From: Anaerolineae bacterium | GTDB lineage: Bacteria; Chloroflexota; Anaerolineae; UBA3071 | NCBI GenBank assembly: GCA_029907105.1 | Contig: JARYMM010000004.1 | Location: forward strand, 65,364-129,363 | Reading direction: 5' to 3' | DNA length: 64,000 bases | In this document: positions 1 through 9,459 of the stretch, one piece after another | Layout of the letters: each line of letters opens with the position of its first letter | Numbering within the stretch: the first letter of the stretch is position 1 | Made by a program: the position numbers and the translations under genes | The notes under the pieces: generated by a model | What the model was told of the DNA's origin: nothing | What the model saw: only the letters and a program-made list of their open reading frames with translations | Database searches by the model: none

Positions 1-20
1 ATAGGCCAGCCCTACTTGCT

Positions 21-767
21 TCAACGCAGCATGTGCTGCAAGTCTTCAACGTCTGTAACGAAAGTGAGCAAGCGCTGGATTGCTTCTGACACGCTATTGA
101 AGGAATAAACCAGGTGCTCACCTTCACTTGTTCTGATAGACAGTTCAACAGCTTCCACTCGTCTAGGAGCACTCGGATCTGAGCGCAGCGTCGTCTCGAC
201 CGATTGTCTCACAGCTTGACGAACAGGGTTCGTAATAGCGGTTGCCATCTCTGTCTGTTCTTCTTCAGAGAGCTGACAAAACCGTCGCCATGCCGCCGCT
301 GGCGTCAGCTTATCCTTCTCATCCCAGCGGAATGGGATCCTATACCGCTCAAGAACGTCAGCGATGTGATCAAAGGGAATGCGATGAGTCTCCACACCGA
401 AACTTCGTATGAATCTAAGCGACGCATCGGTCCATTCGCCTGCCAGCACGCCGATGGATTTGCGAATGGAGGGATAAGTGCGCCTGAGACTGTAATGAGC
501 AATGCACAAACGGCTCCCCTTGTCCCAGTTGTGCTTTTTGTAGCGCAAATACTTCGGCTCAATCAAGATAACAGGTTGGGCTGCGCTATCGCTGATTACC
601 GTGTCGATCTGGTGCTTGTTCCCCAGGTGATTGCGAAGAGCCGCAGACCGCACTGAATGGTCGAATGATTCAGCAACCTCACGGACAGCAGCAGCCAAAT
701 CTGCTTCAATGAGCTTCCCAATAGCTTCACCCAGCGCACTTCCAGGGTTTGTCACCCATCTCTCCAT
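21..767 (-). CDS. Putative restriction endonuclease, partner of the adjacent DNA methyltransferase; hypothetical
   Basis: 248-aa ORF, co-oriented, 15 bp downstream of the methyltransferase gene, in the same ~48% GC island; I recognise no catalytic motif by eye. Confidence 0.3.
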   Translation of the reverse strand: MERWVTNPGSALGEAIGKLIEADLAAAVREVAESFDHSVRSAALRNHLGNKHQIDTVISDSAAQPVILIEPKYLRYKKHNWDKGSRLCIAHYSLRRTYPSIRKSIGVLAGEWTDASLRFIRSFGVETHRIPFDHIADVLERYRIPFRWDEKDKLTPAAAWRRFCQLSEEEQTEMATAITNPVRQAVRQSVETTLRSDPSAPRRVEAVELSIRTSEGEHLVYSFNSVSEAIQRLLTFVTDVEDLQHMLR

Positions 768-782
768 CAGTTCTTGACCTCC

Positions 783-2168
783 TTATTTGACGAGTGTTAA
801 AAGGCTCTCTTTCAGCATGACTTTGTGGCGCTGGGGATTATGTCCCCACTTTCCACCCCGCTCTCTCAATTCTCGTATGCGGTAACCTCCAAAACCCACT
901 GCCAATCCTAATGCTCCTAAGTATTCTTCGGTCGGAATGTAAACCCCGTATGGTGCTGAGTCACCAAGCACGAGCACGAATTCGCTGCCTTTTTTCATGA
1001 CACGATAGACTTGCTTCAATACCTGAAACATATCGTTGAAGTAGCCCGCCACCATCAGATCATAGCTTTTCTTGCCCCCTTTGTGTAGCCGCATCTTTTC
1101 CAACTGGCGGATCTTGTCACTGAGTTCAGCATGAATTCTTGGGGCCAGTTCCTGTAATTCATGGCTTAGCGGATCATCGGGAAACGCAGAACGGCGGATT
1201 TGCGTTGTGGCCGCAATAATCAATTTGTCACGCACCTGGTCAGTAATGTCTCCCCACGACTGGGCCCACCCCAGAAAGTACATCTCTAACCTCGTCCTGT
1301 CGGCATAGTCGTAGTTATTAAGGTAAGGCGGTGAGGTAATGGCCAGATCCATGCTCTCGGATTCGACAGGATACGGCTGACGGGCATCCATCTGCAGTAA
1401 GCGACATTCGACCCGCTCATACTGCTGGCGTCGCTCTTGAACAACCGACAAGTCCTTGTACATCATCTGAACCTGATGGCAGAAGACTTCAATGGCGTCC
1501 CGTTCCTGCTTTTCATGGTATTTATTGGGGGCGATATACGGCCAACCAGTACCTGCCTTTGAAGCAGTCCGCAACGTATCCGTAAGCGCCAGTAAGAAGA
1601 AATCCCGCTCCTCATCGCTGCAATCCAGCCGCGAGATGGCATCTCGAATGAAATCCAATCTCTGTAGATTGACAGGCGAATAGCACTTGTGCACAAGGGC
1701 CGGATACCTGTCTACCGTCTCCATTTCGCCCAGCCTGGCCTGATGAAGATGGCGAATAAGCGTTAACATCGAACGTTGAAGCGACTGCATGTCATATTCC
1801 CAGAAACACTTGACCCTGGCTACCCACCAGACAAAGGGATGTGCCTCGATGCCAAGAGAATTGATCCCATGCTCTTTGGCGACGACAGAAGTTGTGCCAC
1901 AACCCACAAAAGGGTCAAGCAGCCAGTTGCCGGGAGCTAAGTTCTTGTCATCAATAAGCGCTTCAACCAATCTATAGCTGAATCCAGCGGGATATTTAAA
2001 CCAACGGTGAATCGGCGCCCGCAGATTATCCTGGAAAGTGCCAAGGCGTTCCGGTGAGACTCCAGCGGCAGACATATAAGCTCTGTAGAACTCAAACTTC
2101 AATTGCTCCCGCACGCAGCTCTGCAATTTGTCACTTTCTATCTTGTATTGGTGATCGTTCCCAGACAT
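783..2168 (-). CDS. DNA methyltransferase (amino-MTase, N6-adenine or N4-cytosine)
   Basis: DPFVGCGTT AdoMet-binding motif and SPPY catalytic motif; the start was chosen at MSGNDHQYK, preceded by an AGGAGG RBS; low GC compared with the flanks. Confidence 0.7.
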   Translation of the reverse strand: MSGNDHQYKIESDKLQSCVREQLKFEFYRAYMSAAGVSPERLGTFQDNLRAPIHRWFKYPAGFSYRLVEALIDDKNLAPGNWLLDPFVGCGTTSVVAKEHGINSLGIEAHPFVWWVARVKCFWEYDMQSLQRSMLTLIRHLHQARLGEMETVDRYPALVHKCYSPVNLQRLDFIRDAISRLDCSDEERDFFLLALTDTLRTASKAGTGWPYIAPNKYHEKQERDAIEVFCHQVQMMYKDLSVVQERRQQYERVECRLLQMDARQPYPVESESMDLAITSPPYLNNYDYADRTRLEMYFLGWAQSWGDITDQVRDKLIIAATTQIRRSAFPDDPLSHELQELAPRIHAELSDKIRQLEKMRLHKGGKKSYDLMVAGYFNDMFQVLKQVYRVMKKGSEFVLVLGDSAPYGVYIPTEEYLGALGLAVGFGGYRIRELRERGGKWGHNPQRHKVMLKESLLTLVK

Positions 2169-2239
2169 GGCCTTTCCTCCTGACCTATACCTCATCATGT
2201 GCGGTGCTGCCATTCTACCCGCCGGCAAAACAACACGAA

Positions 2240-2953
2240 CTAAGGCGAAGCGGCACTCTCCCGCCATAACTGCAAACGAAACCGCCACAGTTCGCGGAAG
2301 GCGCGGCTGATGACGTCCCAACGGGCCCCGGTCTGCGCGCCGGCCACACGGGGCAGATGGCTGACCGGCACCTCGGCGATGATGTAGCCGGCGCGTTTAG
2401 CGCGCACCAGGAATTCGGCGCTGAAGGTCGCCCCACGCGACTGGACGGTGGGCCCGACCTGCTCCCAGAGAGCGCGCGGGAAGAGCTTGAAGGCGCAGTC
2501 AATGTCGCGGGCCGTGTAGCCGAAAAGCAGGGTGACCAGCGCGCTCCAGCCCCAACCGTAGAGCACACGCAGGAAGGGATCGCGGCGCGGCGCGCGGTAG
2601 CCGACGACCATGTCCACCCGCTCCTTCTTCGCCAGCAGGCGGTCTATCTCCTCCAACCTGAACTGGCGATCAGAATCGGTGAAGAAGATCAGCTCTTTGC
2701 TGGCGTGGCTGAGGGCGGTGTACACGGCCGCGCCATATCCCTGGTTCACCGGGTGATGCACCGGCCTGACCTGCGCATGCTGCCGGGCCAGTTCCTCCAG
2801 CACCTCACCGGTGCGATCCTTGCTGCCGTCGTTGGCCACCACGATCTCGAAATCGGCGAAACGAGGCTGCATGACGGCCAGGACGTCGGCCACCATGCCG
2901 GCGATGTTCTCTTCCTCGTTATAGGCGGGCATACAAACGGATAAACCGGGCAT
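2240..2953 (-). CDS. Family 2 glycosyltransferase (polyprenol-phosphate sugar transferase-like)
   Basis: MPGLSVCMPAYNEEENI and DGSKDRT are GT2 hallmarks; the start was moved to the internal Met. Confidence 0.7.
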   Translation of the reverse strand: MPGLSVCMPAYNEEENIAGMVADVLAVMQPRFADFEIVVANDGSKDRTGEVLEELARQHAQVRPVHHPVNQGYGAAVYTALSHASKELIFFTDSDRQFRLEEIDRLLAKKERVDMVVGYRAPRRDPFLRVLYGWGWSALVTLLFGYTARDIDCAFKLFPRALWEQVGPTVQSRGATFSAEFLVRAKRAGYIIAEVPVSHLPRVAGAQTGARWDVISRAFRELWRFRLQLWRESAASP

Positions 2954-2954
2954 T

Positions 2955-3236
2955 CTATCGCTCCCCCTTTCCCTCTCCACCCTCTATCCTCACCTGACAG
3001 GCGGCGATGAGGCGCAACCTGGCCGCACGGGAGAGACGGCGCACAGCCGCCTCGCGGCGCCGGGCGCTGTTCCGATCCGGCTGCTGCTCGCAATAGACCA
3101 GGCGCACCGGGCGGCGGCCCCGCGTGTAGCGAGCACCTCGCCCATCATTGTGTGCGGCCAGCCTTTGCTCCACATCCACCGTCCAGCCGGTGTACAGTGT
3201 GCCATCGGCACATTCGACGATGTAGACGAAAGGCAT
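2955..3236 (-). CDS. GIY-YIG nuclease superfamily protein (UPF0213-like)
   Basis: FVYIVECADGTLYTGWTVDVEQRLAAHN motif; the start was chosen at MPFVY, because the annotated ORF extension overlaps tyrA. Confidence 0.6.
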   Translation of the reverse strand: MPFVYIVECADGTLYTGWTVDVEQRLAAHNDGRGARYTRGRRPVRLVYCEQQPDRNSARRREAAVRRLSRAARLRLIAACQVRIEGGEGKGER

Positions 3237-3244
3237 GGGAGGGA

Positions 3245-4204
3245 CTACGGCCTGCTGCGGCCGCCGAGACCGAACAGAGACTGGAAGAAACCGGGCGGCC
3301 TGGGCACCTCCGGCCTCTCCGCCTCCTCCCACAGGCCGCTGCTGCGCTGCCGCAGCCATTGCAGGCGTGCCTGCATCACCTCCTCGAAAGCCGCCTCCAC
3401 CTGTTCCACGCTGCCGGCGATGATCATCTCCTTCCATTCCTGCAACGCCGCCGTGTAGGCATCAATCCAGCGGACGATATTCTGGCGATTGTACAGGCAG
3501 GCATCGCGGAAGACGGCCGGCGTCTCCGAAGCAAACTGTGTGCTGCTCTCGTATTGGCCGCCGGCCAGCTTGCGCATGTCCCGCCAGGAGCCGCCGCCGG
3601 TGGTGCTGCGCAGCAGCACCGCGGCCAGGACGGCCGGCAGATGATCCACCGCCGCCATCAGCCCGTCGTGTTCGGCGGCGTCCAGGAAATAGGGCTGCGC
3701 GCCGAGCCGCTCCACCAGTCCCGAGGCCAGGCGCACGGCATCCGGCGCCGCCCTCGGCGAGGGGCAGAGACAGTAGAGCGCGTTCTTCAGGAGGTCGGCC
3801 GACGCTTCTTCGGCCCCCGCACCGGCAGCGCTGATCACCGGATCGCCACCCACGAAATGGACACCCTCGGGCAGAAGCTCCTCCGCCCACTGCAGGACGG
3901 GCGTCTTCAGGCTGGCTGTGTCGGTGACCAGACAGCCTTCCCTGAGATAGGGCGCGATGACCTGCAACGTGTCCCTGATGGCCGTCACCGGCAGGGCCAG
4001 GATGACGATGCTGGCCCCTTCGCAGGCATTGATGAGGTTCCAGTCGGTGCTGTCCACCGCCTTGCGCCTGCGCGCCTCGCCGGCCGCCTTCGGCTCTTTG
4101 TCGTGCCCAACGATGTCGTAGTTACGGGTGCCCTGGCTCAGCGCCAGGCCCACCGAGGTGCCCACGAGACCCAAACCCACAATGCTTATCTTGGTCTTGG
4201 CCAT
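3245..4204 (-). CDS. tyrA: Prephenate dehydrogenase
   Basis: N-terminal IVGLGLVGTSVGLAL Rossmann motif with the TyrA-like body. Confidence 0.75.
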   Translation of the reverse strand: MAKTKISIVGLGLVGTSVGLALSQGTRNYDIVGHDKEPKAAGEARRRKAVDSTDWNLINACEGASIVILALPVTAIRDTLQVIAPYLREGCLVTDTASLKTPVLQWAEELLPEGVHFVGGDPVISAAGAGAEEASADLLKNALYCLCPSPRAAPDAVRLASGLVERLGAQPYFLDAAEHDGLMAAVDHLPAVLAAVLLRSTTGGGSWRDMRKLAGGQYESSTQFASETPAVFRDACLYNRQNIVRWIDAYTAALQEWKEMIIAGSVEQVEAAFEEVMQARLQWLRQRSSGLWEEAERPEVPRPPGFFQSLFGLGGRSRP

Positions 4205-4280
4205 TGTCTACCTACCTCATTCAAGGTCCACAGCTCAAAACTGTGGGGCATAGCTTCTTTTGGATTTTGAACTTTCATCT

Positions 4281-4796
4281 TTAGCTATCGTCCACCGCCC
4301 GCAGCGCCGCCAGCCAGCCATCCAGCGGCGAAGGCAGGTCCGTCTGCTCCGTCCGCTGGTGGTAGCGGATCAGTTCCACCGTGGCCGGGGCACAGCCGGC
4401 AGCAGCGGCCAGCTCGGCCCCGCGCTGCGGATGGTGCAGTTGCAGCCAGAAGGGATAGCGCCAACTGGCCGGGTCGGGCGAGGCCAGGCGGCCCAGCCAG
4501 GCAGGACACAGCGCCTGCAGCAACACGGTGGCGACCCGATGCCAGAGGCGCACGCCCTCCGCCTTGGCCACGTCGTGCAGCAGGGCTGCCGCCAAAAGCT
4601 CCGGGGTGTCCTGACCCCGTTGCCGCAAGGCATGCAGCAGGTCCAGGCTGTGACGCTGATACTGCCTCGGCATACGCCGGAAGAGCTCCGCTGCCGGGAC
4701 AGGCAGGACATGCGCTGCCAAAGCTTGCTCTTCCGATCCCACCCGCGCCGTCAAAGCCCGCCCAAACTGCCGCACCCGATGCCACACCGCTGACAT
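4281..4796 (-). CDS. HD-domain phosphohydrolase
   Basis: LLHDVAK HD motif. Confidence 0.55.
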   Translation of the reverse strand: MSAVWHRVRQFGRALTARVGSEEQALAAHVLPVPAAELFRRMPRQYQRHSLDLLHALRQRGQDTPELLAAALLHDVAKAEGVRLWHRVATVLLQALCPAWLGRLASPDPASWRYPFWLQLHHPQRGAELAAAAGCAPATVELIRYHQRTEQTDLPSPLDGWLAALRAVDDS

Positions 4797-4799
4797 GCC

Positions 4800-5495
4800 T
4801 CAGGAAGTCAGAATCCGCCAGCAGCCATAGGGGCCGAAAATCCATCGGCACAGGGTGACGATGGGGGGAGACAGGATCCCGCTCAGAATGGAGATGGGCA
4901 GGAAATTGTCGGCGATGATCACCAATATCAGCAGGTTGGGCCCCAGAACCTGCCACCGCGCCCAGAGGTCGGCCCAGCGCTGCGCCCAACGCGTGCCCAC
5001 GGCGGTCAGCGCCCCCAGCAACACGCTATGGCCATCCAGCGGAAAGATGGGCAGCAGATTAAACACGGCCAGCCCGATGTTGATGCGGGCCAAAGCGGTG
5101 AGGATGTCCCAGCCCAATCCTTCGGGCAGCGCTCCCACCGGCAGCAGGCGCAAGGGCAAGGCGATCAGGATGGCCAGGAGGAGATTGGAAACGGGCCCGG
5201 CGACAGCCACCAGGCCGCCGCCCGTGCGCACATCGAGGCGCAGGTTGCGCGGGTTATAGGGCACGGGCTTGCCCCAGCCAATGCCGAAACCGGTCAGCGA
5301 GCTCAAAAGGATCATGATCGTGCCCAGCGGGTCCAGGTGCACCAGCGGGTTCAGAGACAGCCGCCCCATGCGCTGTGCCGTGTCGTCGCCCAGGCGAAAG
5401 GCAGCCCAGGCGTGGGCGAACTCGTGCACGTCAATGCAGATCAGCAGCGCGAGCAAAGAGATGATAATGCCCGGAACATCCAGGTTGGAAAACAT
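4800..5495 (-). CDS. Site-2 protease family (M50) zinc metalloprotease
   Basis: HEFAHA motif within a polytopic membrane protein. Confidence 0.7.
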   Translation of the reverse strand: MFSNLDVPGIIISLLALLICIDVHEFAHAWAAFRLGDDTAQRMGRLSLNPLVHLDPLGTIMILLSSLTGFGIGWGKPVPYNPRNLRLDVRTGGGLVAVAGPVSNLLLAILIALPLRLLPVGALPEGLGWDILTALARINIGLAVFNLLPIFPLDGHSVLLGALTAVGTRWAQRWADLWARWQVLGPNLLILVIIADNFLPISILSGILSPPIVTLCRWIFGPYGCWRILTS

Positions 5496-5535
5496 CCCAC
5501 CTCACCTCAGACGAGTGTGATGATACAACCATGAT

Positions 5536-5544
5536 ATTATAACA
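5536..5544 (-). promoter_or_regulatory. Extended -10 element (TGtTATAAT) upstream of the M50 protease gene
   Basis: The reverse complement of attataaca is TGTTATAAT, about 40 nt upstream of the start codon. Confidence 0.4.
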
Positions 5545-5812
5545 TAGGAAGGCTGTTTGAAGAAAACGGGAACAACAAAGAGGCCAGGCGGGGAAACGCA
5601 CAGGGGGGAGAAACGACAGGAGCGCCAGGGGCTGGCTATCCCCTGGCGCTCGTGGCGACGAGAGAACGCTTACATCTCTCGCCCTTAATTATAGCACGTC
5701 CGGCCCTGCTTTGCTTGACGCTTTTCCTGCGTCTTCCTTACGATTCCCCGCTGTTGGCGGGCAAGAAGTGCGCAACCGGCGGGGGATGTGATTTGCCCAC
5801 CCTGCCGAGATG

Positions 5813-5821
5813 TGCTATAAT
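5813..5821 (+). promoter_or_regulatory. Extended -10 element (TGcTATAAT) upstream of rpsO
   Basis: tgctataat is about 90 nt upstream of the rpsO GTG start. Confidence 0.4.
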
Positions 5822-5910
5822 TTTGTTCGGCAGGCTGGGGCATGCGCCCCGGTATTCCAGCGCTGTCCTGGCTGCCACAGACGAGAAACAGAGAAGAAAG
5901 GAACAAACCT

Positions 5911-6180
5911 GTGTCCCTCTCCAAAGAGGAAAAGGAAAGCATCATTCAGGAATACCGCACCCATCCTGCGGACACCGGCTCGCCGGAGGTCCAGGTAGCC
6001 CTGTTGACCACGCGCATCAACATGCTCACCGAGCACCTGAAGGCACACAAGCACGATGAGCATTCGCGGCGTGGGTTGCTCAAACTGGTAGGCCAGCGCC
6101 GCAGACACCTGGCCTATCTGCGCAAAGTGGATCACCAGCGTTACCTGGGCCTGATCCAGCGTCTGGGCCTGCGGAAGTAG
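5911..6180 (+). CDS. rpsO: 30S ribosomal protein S15
   Basis: [36 protein letters not shown] matches S15; GTG start after a purine-rich RBS. Confidence 0.9.
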   Translation: MSLSKEEKESIIQEYRTHPADTGSPEVQVALLTTRINMLTEHLKAHKHDEHSRRGLLKLVGQRRRHLAYLRKVDHQRYLGLIQRLGLRK

Positions 6181-6194
6181 GGCCATAAAGAATC

Positions 6195-6220
6195 CCGGTT
6201 CTGGAAAGGCCAGAAACCGG
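6195..6220 (+). terminator. Hairpin immediately after rpsO (candidate terminator, weak U-tract)
   Basis: ccggttctgg-aaagg-ccagaaaccgg. Confidence 0.35.
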
Positions 6221-6305
6221 CCACTGGACGGTCTGGCAGACGGCAAGAGGGGCAGGAATTGGAGAGCGGGACCAATTTCAAGGCGCAAAGCTCAAAATCC
6301 AAAGT

Positions 6306-6395
6306 CAGTAGATCACAGCGTGCTCTTGCTGGACTGTCAAGTCCAGCGGGAAGCGGCGGACTTGACAGTCCGCCGTGAGCCTTGGTGATCTACTG
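6306..6395 (+). promoter_or_regulatory. Long imperfect hairpin in the rpsO-pnp intercistronic leader
   Basis: cagtagatcac...ggactgtcaagtcc...ggacttgacagtcc...gtgatctactg forms nested inverted repeats. Confidence 0.4.
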
Positions 6396-6420
6396 AAAGT
6401 GCAAAACTCTGGGCATCGGT

Positions 6421-6476
6421 TCTTTTGGATTTTGAACCCTGATCTTTGGATTTTGGACTTTGATCTTTGGACTTGG
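6421..6476. repeat. Heptanucleotide tandem repeat (TTTTGGA-like, about 8 units)
   Basis: ttttgga ttttgaa ccctgat ctttgga ttttgga ctttgat ctttgga. Confidence 0.6.
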
Positions 6477-6635
6477 TAGTGGTCTCCAGTCCCTGACCTC
6501 TTGCCCGCCAGACACCCGCGACATTTGGTCGCGGGTGTGACGCGTCTGCTGGGCGCAGAGCGTCATCAGATCAGGCGGGGAGCCGGGCCTGGAATACCGG
6601 CTTCTGACTAGAACAAGAGGTAAGAGGACTTTACC

Positions 6636-8849
6636 ATGCAAAAGTACCAATTCCGCGCTCGCATCGGCGAGCATGACATCATCATCGAGACCGGCACGCT
6701 GGCCCAACAGGCTGGCGGTGCGGTCACCGTGCGCACGGGCGATAGCGTCGTTCTGGCCACGGCCACAGCCTCGCAGAAGCCCCGCGAGGAAGCAGACTTA
6801 TTCCCCCTCACTGTGGACTACGAGGAACGGCTCTATGCCGCCGGCCGCATCCCCGGCAGTTTCTTCCGCCGCGAAGGACGCCCCAGCGAGGCAGCCATCC
6901 TGCTTTGCCGCCTGGTGGACCGCCCGCTGCGTCCCCTTTTCCCCAAGGGATTCCGCAACGACGTCCAGATCATCCTCACCGCGCTTTCCGCCGATCAGGA
7001 TAACTACCTGGATATCCCGGCCATCATCGGGGCTTCGGCCGCACTGATGATTTCCGACATCCCCTTCGGCGGGCCCGTGGGGGCTGTGCGCGTGGGCTAC
7101 GTGGACGGCGAGTACATCTTCAACCCCACCGCCCAGCAGATGGAGCACAGCATCCTTGATCTGCGCATGGCGGGGACGGAAGATGCAGTCCTGATGGTGG
7201 AAGCGGGTGCCCACGAAGTGCCCGAGGACATGATCGTTGAGGCGCTCAAGCTGGGCCACCAGCAGATGCAGGACGTCATCCGGGTGCAGAAGCAGATGGC
7301 CGCCGAGGTGGGCAAGCCCAAGCTGCCCTTCGCCTCCGGCTTGCCTTCGGAGAAAGCACGGGCCGCCATGAGCCAGAGGGTGGGGGATCGTCTGGCCGAG
7401 ATCATCGGCAGCGAGGTGTCCAAGGAAGAGCGCAATGCTGCGCTGGACGCCCTGCGGGAGGAGTTAGTGGACGAGTTCGAAGATACCTTCGATCCCGAGG
7501 AGGGCAAGGTTGTCTTCGACGAAGTCCTCAGGCAGACCGTGCGCCGGCGCATCCTGGAGGAGGGGATTCGTCCTGACGGCCGGGACACCAAAACCATTCG
7601 CCCCATATCCTGCCAGGTGGGCATACTGCCGCGCACGCACGGCAGCGGCCTTTTCACCCGCGGGGAGACGCAGGTGCTGACCATCGCCACCCTGGGCACG
7701 CCCAGAGAGGCGCAGACCCTGGATACGCTGGCTCCCGAAGAGAGCAAGCGTTTCCTGCACCATTACAACTTCCCGCCCTATTCCACCGGCGAGACCTGGC
7801 CTCTGCGCGGCCCCAAGCGCCGCGAGATCGGGCACGGCGCGCTGGCAGAACGCGCCCTGGCCCCCATGATCCCGGACATGGACGAGTTCCCCTACACCAT
7901 CCGCCTGGTGTCAGAGGTCCTGTCCTCTAACGGCTCCACCTCGATGGCCTCCGTCTGTGGCAGCACCCTGGCCCTGATGGATGCCGGCGTGCCCATCAAG
8001 CAGCCGGTGGCCGGCATCGCCATGGGCCTGGTCATGGAGAACGGCCGCTACGCCATCCTCAGCGATATCCTGGGCATGGAAGACCACCTGGGGGACATGG
8101 ACTTCAAGGTCGCCGGCTCCCGCTACGGCATCACCGCCCTGCAGATGGATATCAAGGTCAGGGGGTTGAGCTACGAAATCCTGGAGCAGGCCCTGCACCA
8201 GGCACGGGAGGGTCGGTTGTACATCCTGGACAGGATGCTGGAGGTGCTGCCGGCCCCGCGGGCGACGATGTCGCCCTACGCGCCGAGTATCGTGACCATC
8301 CATGTGGACCCGGAAAAGATCGGCAAAATCATCGGCCCCGGAGGCAAGGTCATCCGCTCCATTCAGGAAGAGCACGATGTCAGGATAGACATCGAAGACG
8401 ACGGCTCCGTCTACATCGCCGGCACCAATGCCATCGCCAGCAAGGCGGCTATCGCCGAGATCGAGAAGCTGGTGGAAGAGCCGGAGGTGGGCAAGATTTA
8501 CACGGGCAAGGTGGTGCGCACGGAGAGCTTCGGGGCCTTCGTGGAAATCCTGCCCGGCGTCGAGGGCATGGTGCACATCTCGCAGTTGGCCGACTACCGG
8601 GTGCCCAGTGTAGAAGACGTGGTGCGGGTGGGGGACGAGATCATGGTCATGATCATTGACATTGATCCCGTTACGGGCAAGATTCGCCTCTCCCGCCAGG
8701 CTGTGCTGGAAGGGTGGACAGCAGAGGAAGCGCGTGAACGTGACCGCCGTCCTTCCGCAGGGCCACGCCTGCCCTCCCGTCCCCGCCTGGGCAACTTCTA
8801 CGAGGAAAACTCGAGAGCGGGTGGCCAACGGCCGCGTCGCAGGCGCTGA
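6636..8849 (+). CDS. pnp: Polynucleotide phosphorylase
   Basis: 737 aa; two RNase PH-like domains followed by KH/S1; classic rpsO-pnp linkage. Confidence 0.95.
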   Translation: MQKYQFRARIGEHDIIIETGTLAQQAGGAVTVRTGDSVVLATATASQKPREEADLFPLTVDYEERLYAAGRIPGSFFRREGRPSEAAILLCRLVDRPLRPLFPKGFRNDVQIILTALSADQDNYLDIPAIIGASAALMISDIPFGGPVGAVRVGYVDGEYIFNPTAQQMEHSILDLRMAGTEDAVLMVEAGAHEVPEDMIVEALKLGHQQMQDVIRVQKQMAAEVGKPKLPFASGLPSEKARAAMSQRVGDRLAEIIGSEVSKEERNAALDALREELVDEFEDTFDPEEGKVVFDEVLRQTVRRRILEEGIRPDGRDTKTIRPISCQVGILPRTHGSGLFTRGETQVLTIATLGTPREAQTLDTLAPEESKRFLHHYNFPPYSTGETWPLRGPKRREIGHGALAERALAPMIPDMDEFPYTIRLVSEVLSSNGSTSMASVCGSTLALMDAGVPIKQPVAGIAMGLVMENGRYAILSDILGMEDHLGDMDFKVAGSRYGITALQMDIKVRGLSYEILEQALHQAREGRLYILDRMLEVLPAPRATMSPYAPSIVTIHVDPEKIGKIIGPGGKVIRSIQEEHDVRIDIEDDGSVYIAGTNAIASKAAIAEIEKLVEEPEVGKIYTGKVVRTESFGAFVEILPGVEGMVHISQLADYRVPSVEDVVRVGDEIMVMIIDIDPVTGKIRLSRQAVLEGWTAEEARERDRRPSAGPRLPSRPRLGNFYEENSRAGGQRPRRRR

Positions 8850-8857
8850 GATTCCCG

Positions 8858-9442
8858 ATGCCAGACGATAACCTCACGCTCAACGGCACATCGCAAGCCG
8901 GTCCCAAACCCAAATTGACCTGGCGCATGGGGATCATGCTCGTCCTGGGGGAGCTGCTGGAGACGGTCATCCCGGCGGTGCTTATCGCCCTGTTCATCCA
9001 CGCTTTCCTGGCCCAGGCGACGAGAGTGTACGGCCAGAGCATGGAGCCCAACCTGCACACCAACCAGCGGCTGATCGTGGAGAAAGTGTCCTATCACTTC
9101 CATGGCCCGCAGCGAGGCGACATCGTGGTGCTCAGGCGGCCCGACCAGAGCGAGGGCGACCTGCTGATCAAGCGCGTCGTGGGGTTGCCCGGCGAGGAGG
9201 TGAGCATCCGCGACGGCCGGGTGTACGTGGATGGCCTGCCGCTGGAAGAGCCGTATCTGGAATGGGACGGCGGGGGGAACTACGGCCCTGTGCGCGTGCC
9301 TCCCCTGCACGTCTTCGTGCTGGGCGACAACCGCGATGCTTCCAACGACAGCCGCGTCTTCGGCCCCGTGCACCGCGATGAGATCCTCGGCCGAGCCTGG
9401 CTCTCCTACTGGCCTCCAGACGAGATTGGCCTGGTGCAATAG
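8858..9442 (+). CDS. lepB: Signal peptidase I
   Basis: GQSMEP catalytic serine box, GDNRDASNDSR box, N-terminal TM segment. Confidence 0.85.
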   Translation: MPDDNLTLNGTSQAGPKPKLTWRMGIMLVLGELLETVIPAVLIALFIHAFLAQATRVYGQSMEPNLHTNQRLIVEKVSYHFHGPQRGDIVVLRRPDQSEGDLLIKRVVGLPGEEVSIRDGRVYVDGLPLEEPYLEWDGGGNYGPVRVPPLHVFVLGDNRDASNDSRVFGPVHRDEILGRAWLSYWPPDEIGLVQ

Positions 9443-9459
9443 CACAGCAGATCACACAC

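Noticed and set aside
3152-4270. 372-aa plus-strand ORF, one of many long ORFs antisense to confirmed genes (others include 12603-13673, 13761-15446, 16467-18074, 21321-22625, 24007-25335, 25573-26964, 28848-30206, 30210-31901, 36644-37759, 38350-40146, 49132-50730, 52664-54820 and 61839-63644)
   Set aside because: They overlap the tyrA gene (3245-4204) and other well-supported genes on the opposite strand. They are Arg/Ala/Gly/Pro-rich low-complexity translations, typical of shadow ORFs in about 68% GC DNA. No recognisable domains.
6390-6707. 105-aa minus-strand ORF across the rpsO-pnp spacer and the pnp start
   Set aside because: It is built largely from the heptamer repeat translation (KIKVQNPKIRVQNPK) and overlaps the pnp start. 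It is a repeat artefact.
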